A stretch of 64,000 bases of DNA from an uncultured virus (IMG/VR IMGVR_UViG_3300030106_002217) (lineage: Duplodnaviria > Heunggongvirae > Uroviricota > Caudoviricetes): the IMG/VR virus record IMGVR_UViG_3300030106_002217, positions 1 to 64,000 of that record; one strand, written 5' to 3'. The notes under the pieces are model-generated. The model was given only the letters and a program-made list of their open reading frames with translations. It searched no databases and was not told where the DNA came from. Below, in pieces: positions 1 to 9,020 of this stretch. Position numbers and translations under genes: made by a program. Each line of letters begins with the position of its first letter. The first letter of the stretch is position 1.

Positions 1-2
1 GT

Positions 3-515
3 AAACAAGAAAAGTTTGTTAAAGAGCTTGTCTCTAATGATGGTATGATAACCATGAGAGAAGCTGCTATAAATGCTGGTTTTCCAGCTTCTTCAGCTCA
101 TACAAGAGCTTATGAAATGACTAATCCTGAAATCTGTCCCCATGTTGTTAGAGCAATACAACTCTATAGAGATGAACTGGATGAAAAATATGGCGTTAAT
201 TACAAACGACATTTAAAAGATTTGCAGACAATTAGAGATAGAGCTTTGGAGAATGGTGCATATTCAGCCGCTGTTCAGGCTGAGTATAGAAGAGGACAAG
301 CACAAGGTAATATCTATATTAATAAATCTGAGATTAGACATGGCACGATTGATAGTATGTCTAAAGATGAAGTAATAAAAGCTCTCAAGGAGATTAAAGA
401 TTCGTATGAGCCAAAAAGAGTTGAGGGAGTTATTGACCACGAGGACACCGCCTCAGCCGAAGAAGGAAAACGGCTTCTATCAGGAGATCAAAAGAGCAGT
501 AGAAAAACTGCCTAA
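3..515 (+). CDS. terS: Terminase small subunit (copy A), 5'-truncated by window edge
   Basis: Frame open from position 3 (KQEKFVKELVSNDGM); HTH-like 'REAAINAGF', then 'DEKYGV..RDRALENGAYSAAVQAEYRRG'; clearly homologous to 54074..54571. Confidence 0.8.
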   Translation, partial: KQEKFVKELVSNDGMITMREAAINAGFPASSAHTRAYEMTNPEICPHVVRAIQLYRDELDEKYGVNYKRHLKDLQTIRDRALENGAYSAAVQAEYRRGQAQGNIYINKSEIRHGTIDSMSKDEVIKALKEIKDSYEPKRVEGVIDHEDTASAEEGKRLLSGDQKSSRKTA

Positions 516-840
516 TAATATAATCCTGACAAGAATAGAAAACTGGATGACATTAGGCATACCTGATTTACTTGTCTGTGATGCAACAGGTAAATTTCAT
601 TTTATAGAATTAAAAGTGACAGTTGGTAATGTTGTTAAGCTTTCTCCTAATCAGGTAGCTTGGTTAACTCGTCATGGTCATGGTTCAACTTGGATTATGG
701 TTAGAGGGCGAGAGGATTTATATTTGTATCAAGGCAAAGATGCAGTAGAGCTGAGAAGCAAAGGCCTTCAGCTCGAACCATATCTACAACTTAAATATCC
801 TTTTGACTGGGAAAAACTTTTTGATTTGACAATAAATTAA
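406..840 (+). CDS. VRR-NUC / Holliday junction resolvase-like PD-(D/E)XK nuclease
   Basis: 'RIEN..LGIPDL..FIELK..LSPNQVAW' motif series; overlaps the end of terS. Confidence 0.75.
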   Translation: MSQKELRELLTTRTPPQPKKENGFYQEIKRAVEKLPNNIILTRIENWMTLGIPDLLVCDATGKFHFIELKVTVGNVVKLSPNQVAWLTRHGHGSTWIMVRGREDLYLYQGKDAVELRSKGLQLEPYLQLKYPFDWEKLFDLTIN

Positions 841-876
841 AAATATGCGACAACTCTTATACACATTATATAGGAG
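826..876 (+). promoter_or_regulatory. Putative early promoter and RBS
   Basis: TTGACA at 826, then ATACACATTATATAGGAG before ATG 882. Confidence 0.45.
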
Positions 877-881
877 ATGGT

Positions 882-1340
882 ATGATTAAACCAAAGTTAA
901 CAAAGACAAGTATAACTGACGGTACTGAAGTCAGAATGTTCCGTAATTTAAAAAGTTATACAAATAGTGTCCAAATGCGATTACCAAATGCTGAGGGCAA
1001 AAACAGATGGATCACAGTTGGATACATCGATGAAATTAGATTGGACGAGGCACAATTTATTGTCCATGAAAAGACAAGACAAAAAGTGGCGGCCGAGGGC
1101 AAAAAATATGTCCATGCTTTTGTCAAAGGAAAGTGGAGAACTAATTGGACACTTGGTCAAGGCCATTCAAGAAATTACGATACCGATTTGGTTGAGTATA
1201 ATCCCAAACAAAATAAACTTTTTAAAGTAACAGAATGGTACGGCGGTAAATATATTCAGCCTGACTGGAGAGGAACTGTTTATTTTGGTAAGGAAACCAC
1301 AACAGATGGGACCTTAACTTTATGGAAAGAAAGGGATTAA
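882..1340 (+). CDS. Conserved phage hypothetical protein
   Basis: AGGAG RBS; 'FRNL..KKYVHAFVKG..VEYNP' pattern typical of a phage family of unknown function. Confidence 0.65.
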   Translation: MIKPKLTKTSITDGTEVRMFRNLKSYTNSVQMRLPNAEGKNRWITVGYIDEIRLDEAQFIVHEKTRQKVAAEGKKYVHAFVKGKWRTNWTLGQGHSRNYDTDLVEYNPKQNKLFKVTEWYGGKYIQPDWRGTVYFGKETTTDGTLTLWKERD

Positions 1341-1342
1341 TT

Positions 1343-1489
1343 ATGAAAAACACATGGGGATATATTTATGGAGATGAGTGCGATGAGTTGTGGGAGCATT
1401 TTGGTATGCCCAATAGAGATAAGAATGATCGCATGAAAGTTAAGTTAATCGAGTATCAGACAGAGGAGGACTATGATGGAAAAGATTGA
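1343..1489 (+). CDS. Small hypothetical protein (48 aa, not in ORF track)
   Basis: MKNTWGYIYGDECDELWEHFG..., tightly packed between neighbours. Confidence 0.55.
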   Translation: MKNTWGYIYGDECDELWEHFGMPNRDKNDRMKVKLIEYQTEEDYDGKD

Positions 1490-1694
1490 ACTGACCAAAA
1501 AAGATAAACAAGAAATTATATCTTGTGTGATGGAGATTAAATTTATTTTAGAAAATGGTTTAGACGAAGGTTATGAAGCAGTTAATTCAGCTACAATAAA
1601 CGGTTTTAGTTATGACAATGATGATGATCTTTACAAAGATTTTAAAAAAATTCAAAAATTAGATTTAAAATTGGAGGCCTTATGGAAAAGCTAA
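1473..1694 (+). CDS. Hypothetical acidic protein
   Basis: GAGGAGG RBS; operon packing. Confidence 0.6.
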   Translation: MMEKIELTKKDKQEIISCVMEIKFILENGLDEGYEAVNSATINGFSYDNDDDLYKDFKKIQKLDLKLEALWKS

Positions 1695-1984
1695 TTTGTG
1701 CAAATTGTGGTACAAAAGATACTACAGAATTTCGTAATGACGCTCTTTGGGATTTGTGTGTGGATTGCTATAAATCTTGGTTGGAGCATGAGGAGTATTT
1801 AAAAGTAAATCCTGATGAAAAAACGCGTAACTATTATGTTACAGTTACTCAAACTAATAATTTTCATATTGAAGCTAAAAATGAAGATGATGCAAAACGT
1901 ATAGCACTTGAGGATTACATTTGGGACGAACACCAAACTTATCCTAATACATATTCTTATAAAATTAATGCAGTAAAGAATTAA
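1682..1984 (+). CDS. Zn-finger protein (CxxC..CxxC) with C-terminal domain
   Basis: GGAGG RBS; 'ICANC..LCVDC'. Confidence 0.65.
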   Translation: MEKLICANCGTKDTTEFRNDALWDLCVDCYKSWLEHEEYLKVNPDEKTRNYYVTVTQTNNFHIEAKNEDDAKRIALEDYIWDEHQTYPNTYSYKINAVKN

Positions 1985-1986
1985 TT

Positions 1987-2148
1987 ATGGAAAAGTTAAT
2001 TTGTGCGAGTTGTAATACTACTGAAACAACAGAATATCGCAGAGAAAGTAATTGGAACTTATGCTGGATTTGCCATAAATCTTGGCTAGAGGAAATGGTT
2101 TTTTTAGAAATAGATGAGGACTATAACGATGAAACATTGGCTAACTAA
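1987..2148 (+). CDS. Zn-finger mini-protein, tandem paralog of the N-terminus of 1682..1984 (not in ORF track)
   Basis: MEKLICASCNTTETTEYRRESNWNLCWICHKSWLEE... Confidence 0.6.
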   Translation: MEKLICASCNTTETTEYRRESNWNLCWICHKSWLEEMVFLEIDEDYNDETLAN

Positions 2149-2362
2149 AGAAGAGATGGGAGATGGTTTCCAACACAATGAAGAGGAGCATAAAGAGTTT
2201 GAATATAATTCTTTGATAGATGTGGCCGAGCATGAAAAAAATACGATGCGAACTACATATATTGCTCGTGATATTTGGACGCCACAACAAAGACTTCAGC
2301 TGAGAGATTTGTTGAACGAACTCATAGAAAATGATCAGGAGGATAATAATGAGCAAAATTAA
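2114..2362 (+). CDS. Hypothetical protein (true start may be downstream)
   Basis: Operon packing; acidic composition. Confidence 0.5.
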   Translation: MRTITMKHWLTKEEMGDGFQHNEEEHKEFEYNSLIDVAEHEKNTMRTTYIARDIWTPQQRLQLRDLLNELIENDQEDNNEQN

Positions 2363-2615
2363 ATTACCAACACCAATTTGGGTACAGTTTTATGGAGAGC
2401 TTTCTTCATATGTTGAAGAATATGGTAGCATTGACTGCCGTTTTGACGATGATGGCAATCGTTTAAAAGAATATGAGGGCGAATACGAATCTATTGTAGA
2501 TGAAGTAGAAAACATCATGTCAAAGTTTTTTGTAAAAGCAGATATTAATGAAACTGAAGAATTACACAAGGACGCTGTAATAGACAACCAATATGAAAGG
2601 AGCCGTGATGCGTGA
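2331..2615 (+). CDS. Hypothetical acidic protein (likely start 2349)
   Basis: AGGAGG ahead of ATG 2349. Confidence 0.55.
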   Translation: MIRRIIMSKIKLPTPIWVQFYGELSSYVEEYGSIDCRFDDDGNRLKEYEGEYESIVDEVENIMSKFFVKADINETEELHKDAVIDNQYERSRDA

Positions 2616-2790
2616 ATATAATTTAAATTTTAAAGATCTAGATGAATCAACAATTCAAAATATAAAATTAGAACTGGCCATTCAAGACAAGCTGGGCAAA
2701 TTTGAATTTAGAAATAAATTTATTTCGTCAGGATTTTTAAGTAGAGATAAAACCGGTCAGATCACATATAGACCAGCAATATATAAATGA
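2593..2790 (+). CDS. Hypothetical protein
   Basis: AAGGAG ahead of internal start; operon packing. Confidence 0.5.
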   Translation: MKGAVMREYNLNFKDLDESTIQNIKLELAIQDKLGKFEFRNKFISSGFLSRDKTGQITYRPAIYK

Positions 2791-2889
2791 AAGGAGGAAT
2801 CATTAATGTTCATTTTACATTACCTTATGAAATGGCTTTACGGTGAGGATTATGAAAAGCATATGAAACGCCGTAGAAAATAGCAAATC

Positions 2890-2916
2890 AAGGCCGTGAT
2901 TGACACGGCCTTTTTT
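2890..2916 (+). terminator. Rho-independent terminator
   Basis: AGGCCGTG-attga-CACGGCCT followed by T-run. Confidence 0.75.
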
Positions 2917-2960
2917 ATTTGATAAAAATATAAGATAAATCACATATTATAGGAGAACTT

Positions 2961-3125
2961 ATGTCAAGATATAATTCAGATGCTTTAGACGAAGCGTGCG
3001 AAGAAATGCTGGGCCACACTAACTGGGCCTATGGCAAAAATCCAAATGAAAAAGAAATAGAATGCGTAGTTATATTCTATAAAGAACCTGATGAAGATGA
3101 AGATGAAAATGAGGAGGATGAATAA
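2961..3125 (+). CDS. Small acidic protein (54 aa, not in ORF track)
   Basis: AGGAG RBS; MSRYNSDALDEACEEMLGH...DEDEDENEEDE; stop overlaps next ATG. Confidence 0.6.
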   Translation: MSRYNSDALDEACEEMLGHTNWAYGKNPNEKEIECVVIFYKEPDEDEDENEEDE

Positions 3126-3484
3126 TGGCAGTAATGATTAGATGCATAGAGAATGAGGGAACGTATGAGCGTTCCCACAAAACGTTTTTTGATTTGTTAT
3201 ATTTAAAAAAGAAAAAAACTAAACTTAATGGCAAAACTTGGACCGAAAATATTATTGTAAATAGCGAAGGTAAAGAGATTAAAGATAAAGATTTACTCAG
3301 GCTAACTTATGCAAATTTTAAGGTTTTTGAAAAAGAAGGATACGATGATTTTTTCATGGTCAGAGAATTTATTGACGACGACGGCAATTGTCAGCATGGT
3401 CCTGAGATAGATGTTTATATTGATCGAAAAGACCATGTAGATGAAAGTGACATGAAAGTTTTAAGACGCTGGGGCTTTGCATAA
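3125..3484 (+). CDS. Hypothetical protein
   Basis: GAGGAGG RBS; TAATG coupling at both ends. Confidence 0.6.
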   Translation: MAVMIRCIENEGTYERSHKTFFDLLYLKKKKTKLNGKTWTENIIVNSEGKEIKDKDLLRLTYANFKVFEKEGYDDFFMVREFIDDDGNCQHGPEIDVYIDRKDHVDESDMKVLRRWGFA

Positions 3485-4182
3485 TGTTAAAATTAGTAAA
3501 CAAATCAACAGCAAAAAAAACTACAAATTGCGCTGTTACATATAGAGCTGGTGGCCAAGATAAGTTTGCCACTTGCCCTATTAGTTGCAGCTTAAAACCT
3601 GATGCTTTAGCTGGCGCCCATAAAATAGATACTGAATATTTAAATGCTGTATCTGATGCGGTCCCAGCTGAAGGCGTAAGCTTTACATATTCTCATTTTA
3701 ATCCTAGGTATTGGAAGCATAAATTAAAGCTTGGCAAAACCACAATTAATTATTCAGCTAAAAATTTAACTGATCTTTTATTGCACAGCTTCGTACCAGC
3801 TGTGATAAATGTTAAAGAAACATTTTGGAATAATAAAAAATCACAAAAAATTTCAGGTAAACAAATTGTCAGATGCCCAGCTGAATATTTAAGTATTGAT
3901 TGTAGTACTTGCGGTAATGGTAAACCTTTATGTTCACGGCTGGATAGATTATATGCAATTGGCTTTACTGATCATGGCGCTTATAAGAAAAAAGCCGGTA
4001 ATGAAAATGAAAACGGCGGTTGTTATGCAACTGGCGGTAATGTTAATTTGCATTGGAAAGCCACGGCATTAAGTAAAGATAAACAATCCGATAGTAAAAA
4101 GCTTATTAGCTGGTCTAAAGCATTACCAGCTGGAACAGTTTTAAGGCACCATATAGCCGGAGATTTTGGAAAAATAGAATAA
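3484..4182 (+). CDS. Cys-rich metalloprotein, Gp88/DUF7227-like (radical-SAM-related)
   Basis: 'TCPISC', 'FTYSH', 'CPAE..CSTC..LC', 'GCYA', 'RHHIAGD' motifs. Confidence 0.6.
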   Translation: MLKLVNKSTAKKTTNCAVTYRAGGQDKFATCPISCSLKPDALAGAHKIDTEYLNAVSDAVPAEGVSFTYSHFNPRYWKHKLKLGKTTINYSAKNLTDLLLHSFVPAVINVKETFWNNKKSQKISGKQIVRCPAEYLSIDCSTCGNGKPLCSRLDRLYAIGFTDHGAYKKKAGNENENGGCYATGGNVNLHWKATALSKDKQSDSKKLISWSKALPAGTVLRHHIAGDFGKIE

Positions 4183-4213
4183 ACTTTACATATAAGAGAA
4201 AAAGTATATATTT

Positions 4214-4241
4214 AAAGCTGGGAATAATCCCAGCTTTTTTT
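4214..4241 (+). terminator. Rho-independent terminator
   Basis: AAAGCTGGGA-ataa-TCCCAGCTTT plus T-run. Confidence 0.65.
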
Positions 4242-4271
4242 AATTCACACATTTAAAAAGGAGAAATTATT

Positions 4272-5429
4272 GTGAGAAATTTAGAAAATGAAAATAGAAC
4301 TTTAGAATCTTTATGCACTGAGATCTTAGAGTTAAATAGAAAAAAACAAGATTATATTGCACCGACAAACCAGCTTCAGGTGAAGACCGTAGTTAATGAC
4401 GACGGCCCAAATACCACACAGATAATTATGGAAGCTGATCACGGAGAGAAAACAAAAATCTTGAATGCAAATGACGTATGTTTAGATCAGATGAATGTTA
4501 AAAACGGCTTGGATACCAAGGTAGGCCGTAGGCTTCAAAATAATTATCCTAAGGAATATGATCAATTAACAAATGCTATTTTAGAAAAAGAGCCTTGTAA
4601 ACGTATGATCAGATCATTTAATTATCCTGAAACAACCGGGCAGTACATGAATAATGTTATTGGTACGGCTAGAGCGTATTTATCGGATAGATTTAAAACT
4701 TTTGATAATTCTGATTTATTAGAGTCTGCATTACCTACACTTGCCGAATCAGGCGCGTGCTGGAAAATTGTCAATTATGCTAATACTGATAAAAAACTTT
4801 ACATTAGATTAAAAAGTGAAATACAAACCGCCGACGCTGGCGTCGGAGACCATATGGCTAATGGCCTATTTATTTCTAATTCTGAAGTAGGTTTTTCAAG
4901 CATTGCAACTGGTATGACATTATGGACCTTAGCTTGTTTAAACGGTATGCAAACCGAAAAAATCACGCGTAAGGCCCATATAACGTCCGCGAGGAATGGG
5001 GATAATTGGAATATATTAACCGATGAGACCAAGGACGCCGACAACCAGCTTTTAAAGCTTCAGATGAGAGATATTATAGCTTCATATGGTAGCCGTGAAG
5101 AGTTTGATAATCAGGTCGAATTATTTAGGAAGGCCAAAGAGGATAAAATATCCACTGATAAAAATATGAACGACGCTGTAGAGGATTTAGGAAAGGTTAT
5201 GGCCTTATCTAAAAAAGAGACTTCCAGCGTGCTTGAAGGCCTTTTAAATACTATTGGACAATCCGGTTATGAACAAGGCCAGCCGATTAATAAGGCTACA
5301 TTAGTTAATGCTTGCACTGCGGTAGGTAATAAGGCCCAGCCGGACGATGTCGACTTTTGGCAAAGACTAGGTGGTAAGGTTTTAAACCTTAATAAAAATG
5401 ACTGGAATAGAGTTGCCTTGGCCAGCTAA
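4272..5429 (+). CDS. DUF932 family protein
   Basis: GTG start with AAGGAG; 'ARAYLSDRFKTFDN', 'GLFISNSEVG', 'LACLNG' motifs. Confidence 0.8.
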   Translation: MRNLENENRTLESLCTEILELNRKKQDYIAPTNQLQVKTVVNDDGPNTTQIIMEADHGEKTKILNANDVCLDQMNVKNGLDTKVGRRLQNNYPKEYDQLTNAILEKEPCKRMIRSFNYPETTGQYMNNVIGTARAYLSDRFKTFDNSDLLESALPTLAESGACWKIVNYANTDKKLYIRLKSEIQTADAGVGDHMANGLFISNSEVGFSSIATGMTLWTLACLNGMQTEKITRKAHITSARNGDNWNILTDETKDADNQLLKLQMRDIIASYGSREEFDNQVELFRKAKEDKISTDKNMNDAVEDLGKVMALSKKETSSVLEGLLNTIGQSGYEQGQPINKATLVNACTAVGNKAQPDDVDFWQRLGGKVLNLNKNDWNRVALAS

Positions 5430-5467
5430 AATGCAACCTTGGTGATAACAGTTTTATGAACTGGATT

Positions 5468-5499
5468 AAACGGCCTTTACTTTTAGGCCGTTTTTTTTT
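5468..5499 (+). terminator. Rho-independent terminator
   Basis: AAACGGCCT..AGGCCGTTT plus T-run. Confidence 0.7.
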
Positions 5500-5535
5500 A
5501 TCTTATATTATCACATACTATATAGGAGAAAAAAA

Positions 5536-5718
5536 ATGCATATTAAAATAAAGTTAAAAGAAAATTCAAGCTTTAACAGTGAAGAACATTTTATTGATTG
5601 CTTAAAAGACTTAATCACAGAATGGGAGGATTGTTTAGGTGCGAAAGAAACGGATACCGATGACGTTGGCTTCAATTGTGAAAGATTAACAGAACTTAAA
5701 AAAGGGTTGACAAAATGA
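5536..5718 (+). CDS. Conserved 60-aa protein, paralog of 57123..57305
   Basis: AGGAG RBS; 47/60 residues identical to the second copy by manual alignment. Confidence 0.8.
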   Translation: MHIKIKLKENSSFNSEEHFIDCLKDLITEWEDCLGAKETDTDDVGFNCERLTELKKGLTK

Positions 5719-5954
5719 AAGCAATTAAAAAAGAATTTGAATCAATTTTTTTAGATTGGATTCATGACGAACAAAAATATTATTTAGAAAATGTAACAAG
5801 CATTATGCAGAATGAAAAATATAAAAATTGCGTATATCATAAAAAACTTGTTAATGATTTAATAGAACCTTATCAAATTCCATCTTTTAAGTTAGCTGAT
5901 GGATATCATTATACTTCATTAAGAAGGCTAGAAGATTTTTTTAAGAAGAATTGA
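5715..5954 (+). CDS. Hypothetical protein
   Basis: ATGA overlap with upstream gene. Confidence 0.55.
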   Translation: MKAIKKEFESIFLDWIHDEQKYYLENVTSIMQNEKYKNCVYHKKLVNDLIEPYQIPSFKLADGYHYTSLRRLEDFFKKN

Positions 5955-6004
5955 CAAACAGAAAAAAGCATAATCAATAAAGCTGGACCGCTCCAGCTGA
6001 TAAG

Positions 6005-6034
6005 ACGCCGTTATTGATTAACGGCGTTTTTTTT
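6005..6034 (+). terminator. Rho-independent terminator
   Basis: ACGCCGTTA..TAACGGCGT plus T-run. Confidence 0.7.
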
Positions 6035-6080
6035 GTTACAAATTACAAGAATCACATTTTATATTATGAAAGGAGTCGAA

Positions 6081-6596
6081 ATGTTGAATCATCAATTAAC
6101 TTGTAAAGAGCGAGTCGCCGGAGAGCTGGCCGACCGTTTAAACGATATTAAAACCGCAAATCTATTTTATAGCAGTTTAGAAAATATTAAACGTAAGGCC
6201 AAAAATAAGGCAATACCGGAAAACTTTTTTAAGATTGTTAAAGATTTAGATTTAAGAAGTTATGAAAGCATGACGCAATTTTTAAACAGTTATTCTTTAT
6301 GTTTCGATTTTATCGACGGCGTGCAGGCTGAACAAGAAAATAGCGGTAATTATTGGCGGTTGCAATTAAGCTGGGGTGGTCCTTCCGATGAATTTAGAAT
6401 ATTTTGGAATTTGGAGGATGGAATTTATAGAATAGATTATTGGTTTTTGGACTGGTACGACGGCGCAAAAATAACGCTAAATAAACACCACGAAGATTTT
6501 AATTTATTACGCCGAATCATTTATATTGAATATTTAGAACCTTGGATTGAAGGCCACGCAGACGATTATAAATCGATTCGTTATTACCAAAGTTAA
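6081..6596 (+). CDS. Conserved phage early hypothetical protein
   Basis: AAGGAG before ATG 6081; 'LQLSWGGPSDEFR..YWFLDWYDGA' motif. Confidence 0.65.
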   Translation: MLNHQLTCKERVAGELADRLNDIKTANLFYSSLENIKRKAKNKAIPENFFKIVKDLDLRSYESMTQFLNSYSLCFDFIDGVQAEQENSGNYWRLQLSWGGPSDEFRIFWNLEDGIYRIDYWFLDWYDGAKITLNKHHEDFNLLRRIIYIEYLEPWIEGHADDYKSIRYYQS

Positions 6597-6621
6597 AATA
6601 TAACTTCATAATTTTATTAAC

Positions 6622-6651
6622 GCCGTCCGGCCAGCTGGACGGCCTTTTTTT
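6622..6651 (+). terminator. Rho-independent terminator ending early region A
   Basis: GCCGTCC..GGACGGC plus T7. Confidence 0.65.
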
Positions 6652-6722
6652 ATCCAAATAGACGCTGCTTTTTTTATCCAAATAGACGCTGCTTTTTTTA
6701 TCCAAATAGACGCTGCTTTTTT
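6645..6722. repeat. Perfect 24-bp tandem repeat x3
   Basis: TTTTTTTATCCAAATAGACGCTGC at 6645, 6669 and 6693, no spacers. Confidence 0.95.
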
Positions 6723-7085
6723 ACTGTTAACGCGTCACAAGCTGGAGCGTGTTTATAATAGTTAATTAAGGCCCAGCCGGCCTTCTACACCGGTTTAAAA
6801 CCTACGACGCGCGCTAGCTGGTCCCTGAACCGTAATAATTGAATCATAAACCGTGGAGTATGTTAGCTGGTCCACGGTCCGCGATTCGCGCCAGCTGGAC
6901 CGGCACCAGCTGGACGAGATTCGCGCGCCGGCCGGGAAGGAAACCGGATAAATTTTTAAGGTTCCTTCCAAAATAAAGGTTAATTTTTAACGCCGGATTT
7001 TTTATTTTTTTTAAAATTTTCACGGTCCCACAGGCGTTGGGCACAACGGCATTTGCCAAGTTTTTCTCAAATATTCAGATAAAAT

Positions 7086-7113
7086 TTGATATAAGCGTTA
7101 ACTATATTATAAT
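7086..7113 (+). promoter_or_regulatory. Sigma70-like promoter upstream of terL
   Basis: TTGATA-16 nt-TATAAT. Confidence 0.55.
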
Positions 7114-7156
7114 AAGCGATAAATGGCATAAAATAACATAGCATAGGGGCCCCTAC

Positions 7157-8611
7157 ATGGATGGTAATAGACAGGACGAGAGACGCTTAAAACTGCAACT
7201 AAGGTTGGCACAGTTAGAGAAGAATGAAGCTTGTAAAAATAACTTTTTATCATTTGTCAAAACCATATGGCCGTCTTTCATACAGGGCCGTCATCATGAA
7301 ATTATCGCAGAGAAATTAGAACGAGTTGCGAATGGGGAACTAAAGAGACTTATTATCAACATGGCACCAAGACATACGAAGTCAGAGTTCGCATCCTTTT
7401 TGTTTCCAGCATGGATGATGGGCAGAAACCCAAATATGAAAATAATTCAGGCCACACACACGACAGAACTTGCAGTAAATTTTGGACGTAAGGTAAAAAA
7501 CCTTTTGGACACGGATGAGTTCCATGAAGTTTTTCCAGAAGTAAAACTTGCAGCTGACAGTAAAGCGTCAGGAAGATGGGATACAAACAAGGGCGGTATG
7601 TATTATGCCGTTGGTGTAGGGTCAAACTTAGCTGGTCGTGGTGGTGATCTTGTTATCATTGATGATCCACACTCAGAACAAACTGCGATGAGCAACAATG
7701 GTTTTGAAGATGCCTGGGATTGGTACACTGGGGGCCCCCGACAGAGACTACAACCAGGCGGGACGATCGTTTTAGTGCAGACCCGGTGGTCCGAAAAGGA
7801 TTTAACTGGTCAGTTGATACGTTCTATGGCTAAAGACCCGTTGGCTGATCAGTGGGAAATCGTGGAACTGCCTGCAATATTCGAGAGCGGTGAGCCTTGT
7901 TGGCCCGAGTACTGGAGCTTGAAAGACTTAACGGCTGTAAAAGCGTCAATACCTCCGAGCAAATGGAACGCCCAGTATCAGCAGCAGCCAACGGGCGAAG
8001 AGAATGCTATCATTAAGCGAGAATGGTGGCAAAGATGGGAAAAAACAAGCGTACCGAACCTTCAATATGTGATTCAAAGCTACGATACAGCTTTCTCGAA
8101 GCGTGAAACAGCAGATTATAGTGCGATTACAACGTGGGGCGTGTTTTATCCAGAAGAAGAGGGCGGTCAACCCGCTCTAATCTTGCTTGATAGCAAGAAA
8201 GGACGGTGGGATTTTCCAGAATTAAAAGATTTAGCGTTAGAAATGTATAAATATTGGGACCCAGAGACAGTAATTGTTGAAGCTAAGGCGTCAGGAATGC
8301 CCTTGACCCACGAATTACGGAACATGGGCATTCCAGTTGTTAATTTTACACCGAGTAAAGGTAACGATAAGGTGTCAAGGGTGCATTCTGTGTCTCCGTT
8401 GTTTGAAGCAGGCATGGTTTGGGCCCCCGATGAAACTTTTGCAGACGAAATGATAGAAGAGGTTGCAGCTTTTCCAAATGGAGAGTATGATGACCTTGTA
8501 GATAGTATGACACAGGCCTTAATGAGATACCGTCAAGGTAATTTTGTACAGTTACCGAGTGACGATTGGGGCGAAGAGGTTGATTCTGTCAAAGTAAGAG
8601 CGTATTATTGA
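7157..8611 (+). CDS. terL: Terminase large subunit (copy A)
   Basis: 'MAPRHTKSE' Walker A variant, 'LVIIDDPH' Walker B, 'QSYDTA' and 'YDDLVDS' RNase H-fold nuclease motifs. Confidence 0.95.
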   Translation: MDGNRQDERRLKLQLRLAQLEKNEACKNNFLSFVKTIWPSFIQGRHHEIIAEKLERVANGELKRLIINMAPRHTKSEFASFLFPAWMMGRNPNMKIIQATHTTELAVNFGRKVKNLLDTDEFHEVFPEVKLAADSKASGRWDTNKGGMYYAVGVGSNLAGRGGDLVIIDDPHSEQTAMSNNGFEDAWDWYTGGPRQRLQPGGTIVLVQTRWSEKDLTGQLIRSMAKDPLADQWEIVELPAIFESGEPCWPEYWSLKDLTAVKASIPPSKWNAQYQQQPTGEENAIIKREWWQRWEKTSVPNLQYVIQSYDTAFSKRETADYSAITTWGVFYPEEEGGQPALILLDSKKGRWDFPELKDLALEMYKYWDPETVIVEAKASGMPLTHELRNMGIPVVNFTPSKGNDKVSRVHSVSPLFEAGMVWAPDETFADEMIEEVAAFPNGEYDDLVDSMTQALMRYRQGNFVQLPSDDWGEEVDSVKVRAYY

Positions 8612-8618
8612 GGGTAAC

Positions 8619-9020
8619 ATGGCTGATTCTGTAGTAAAAAATGCAAATAAGGAACAATATGACGAAAATGCTATCTTTGATCGTTTATTAGATCAAACAC
8701 TTGAACCTGAGGTTGTAGATTTGCGCGAAGAACAGTATGAAGGCATGGCACCGCCTCTTTTTGATGTTGATGTGCGTGATATTACTTATGAACCACCAAC
8801 AGAACTACCAATGGAATCAGAAGGCATTCGTTCTATAGGCTTAGAAATGGGCGGCAACGCGGGTATTGAGACACTTAAACAAACGACTATACAGCTACAA
8901 GAGATACCGCCTGACAGAAACATGACTGTTCTGCAAAGAATGATGAAACAAGCAGGGGCACCGGCACAGGACCCACGGCTCTTGGCTCAAGTATCACAAG
9001 TCTTAGGAAGAGATGTCTGA
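8619..9020 (+). CDS. Hypothetical protein, putative internal virion protein
   Basis: Between terL and portal; carries 'LEMGG' and 'GIETL' motifs. Confidence 0.6.
   Translation: MADSVVKNANKEQYDENAIFDRLLDQTLEPEVVDLREEQYEGMAPPLFDVDVRDITYEPPTELPMESEGIRSIGLEMGGNAGIETLKQTTIQLQEIPPDRNMTVLQRMMKQAGAPAQDPRLLAQVSQVLGRDV

Noticed and set aside
6645..6722. 24-bp repeats as a CRISPR array
   Set aside because: Head-to-tail repeats without spacers; no cas genes.
6726..6935. Cloning-vector polylinker contamination
   Set aside because: Palindromes are interspersed with AGCTGG motifs that continue into upstream phage genes; no vector features nearby.
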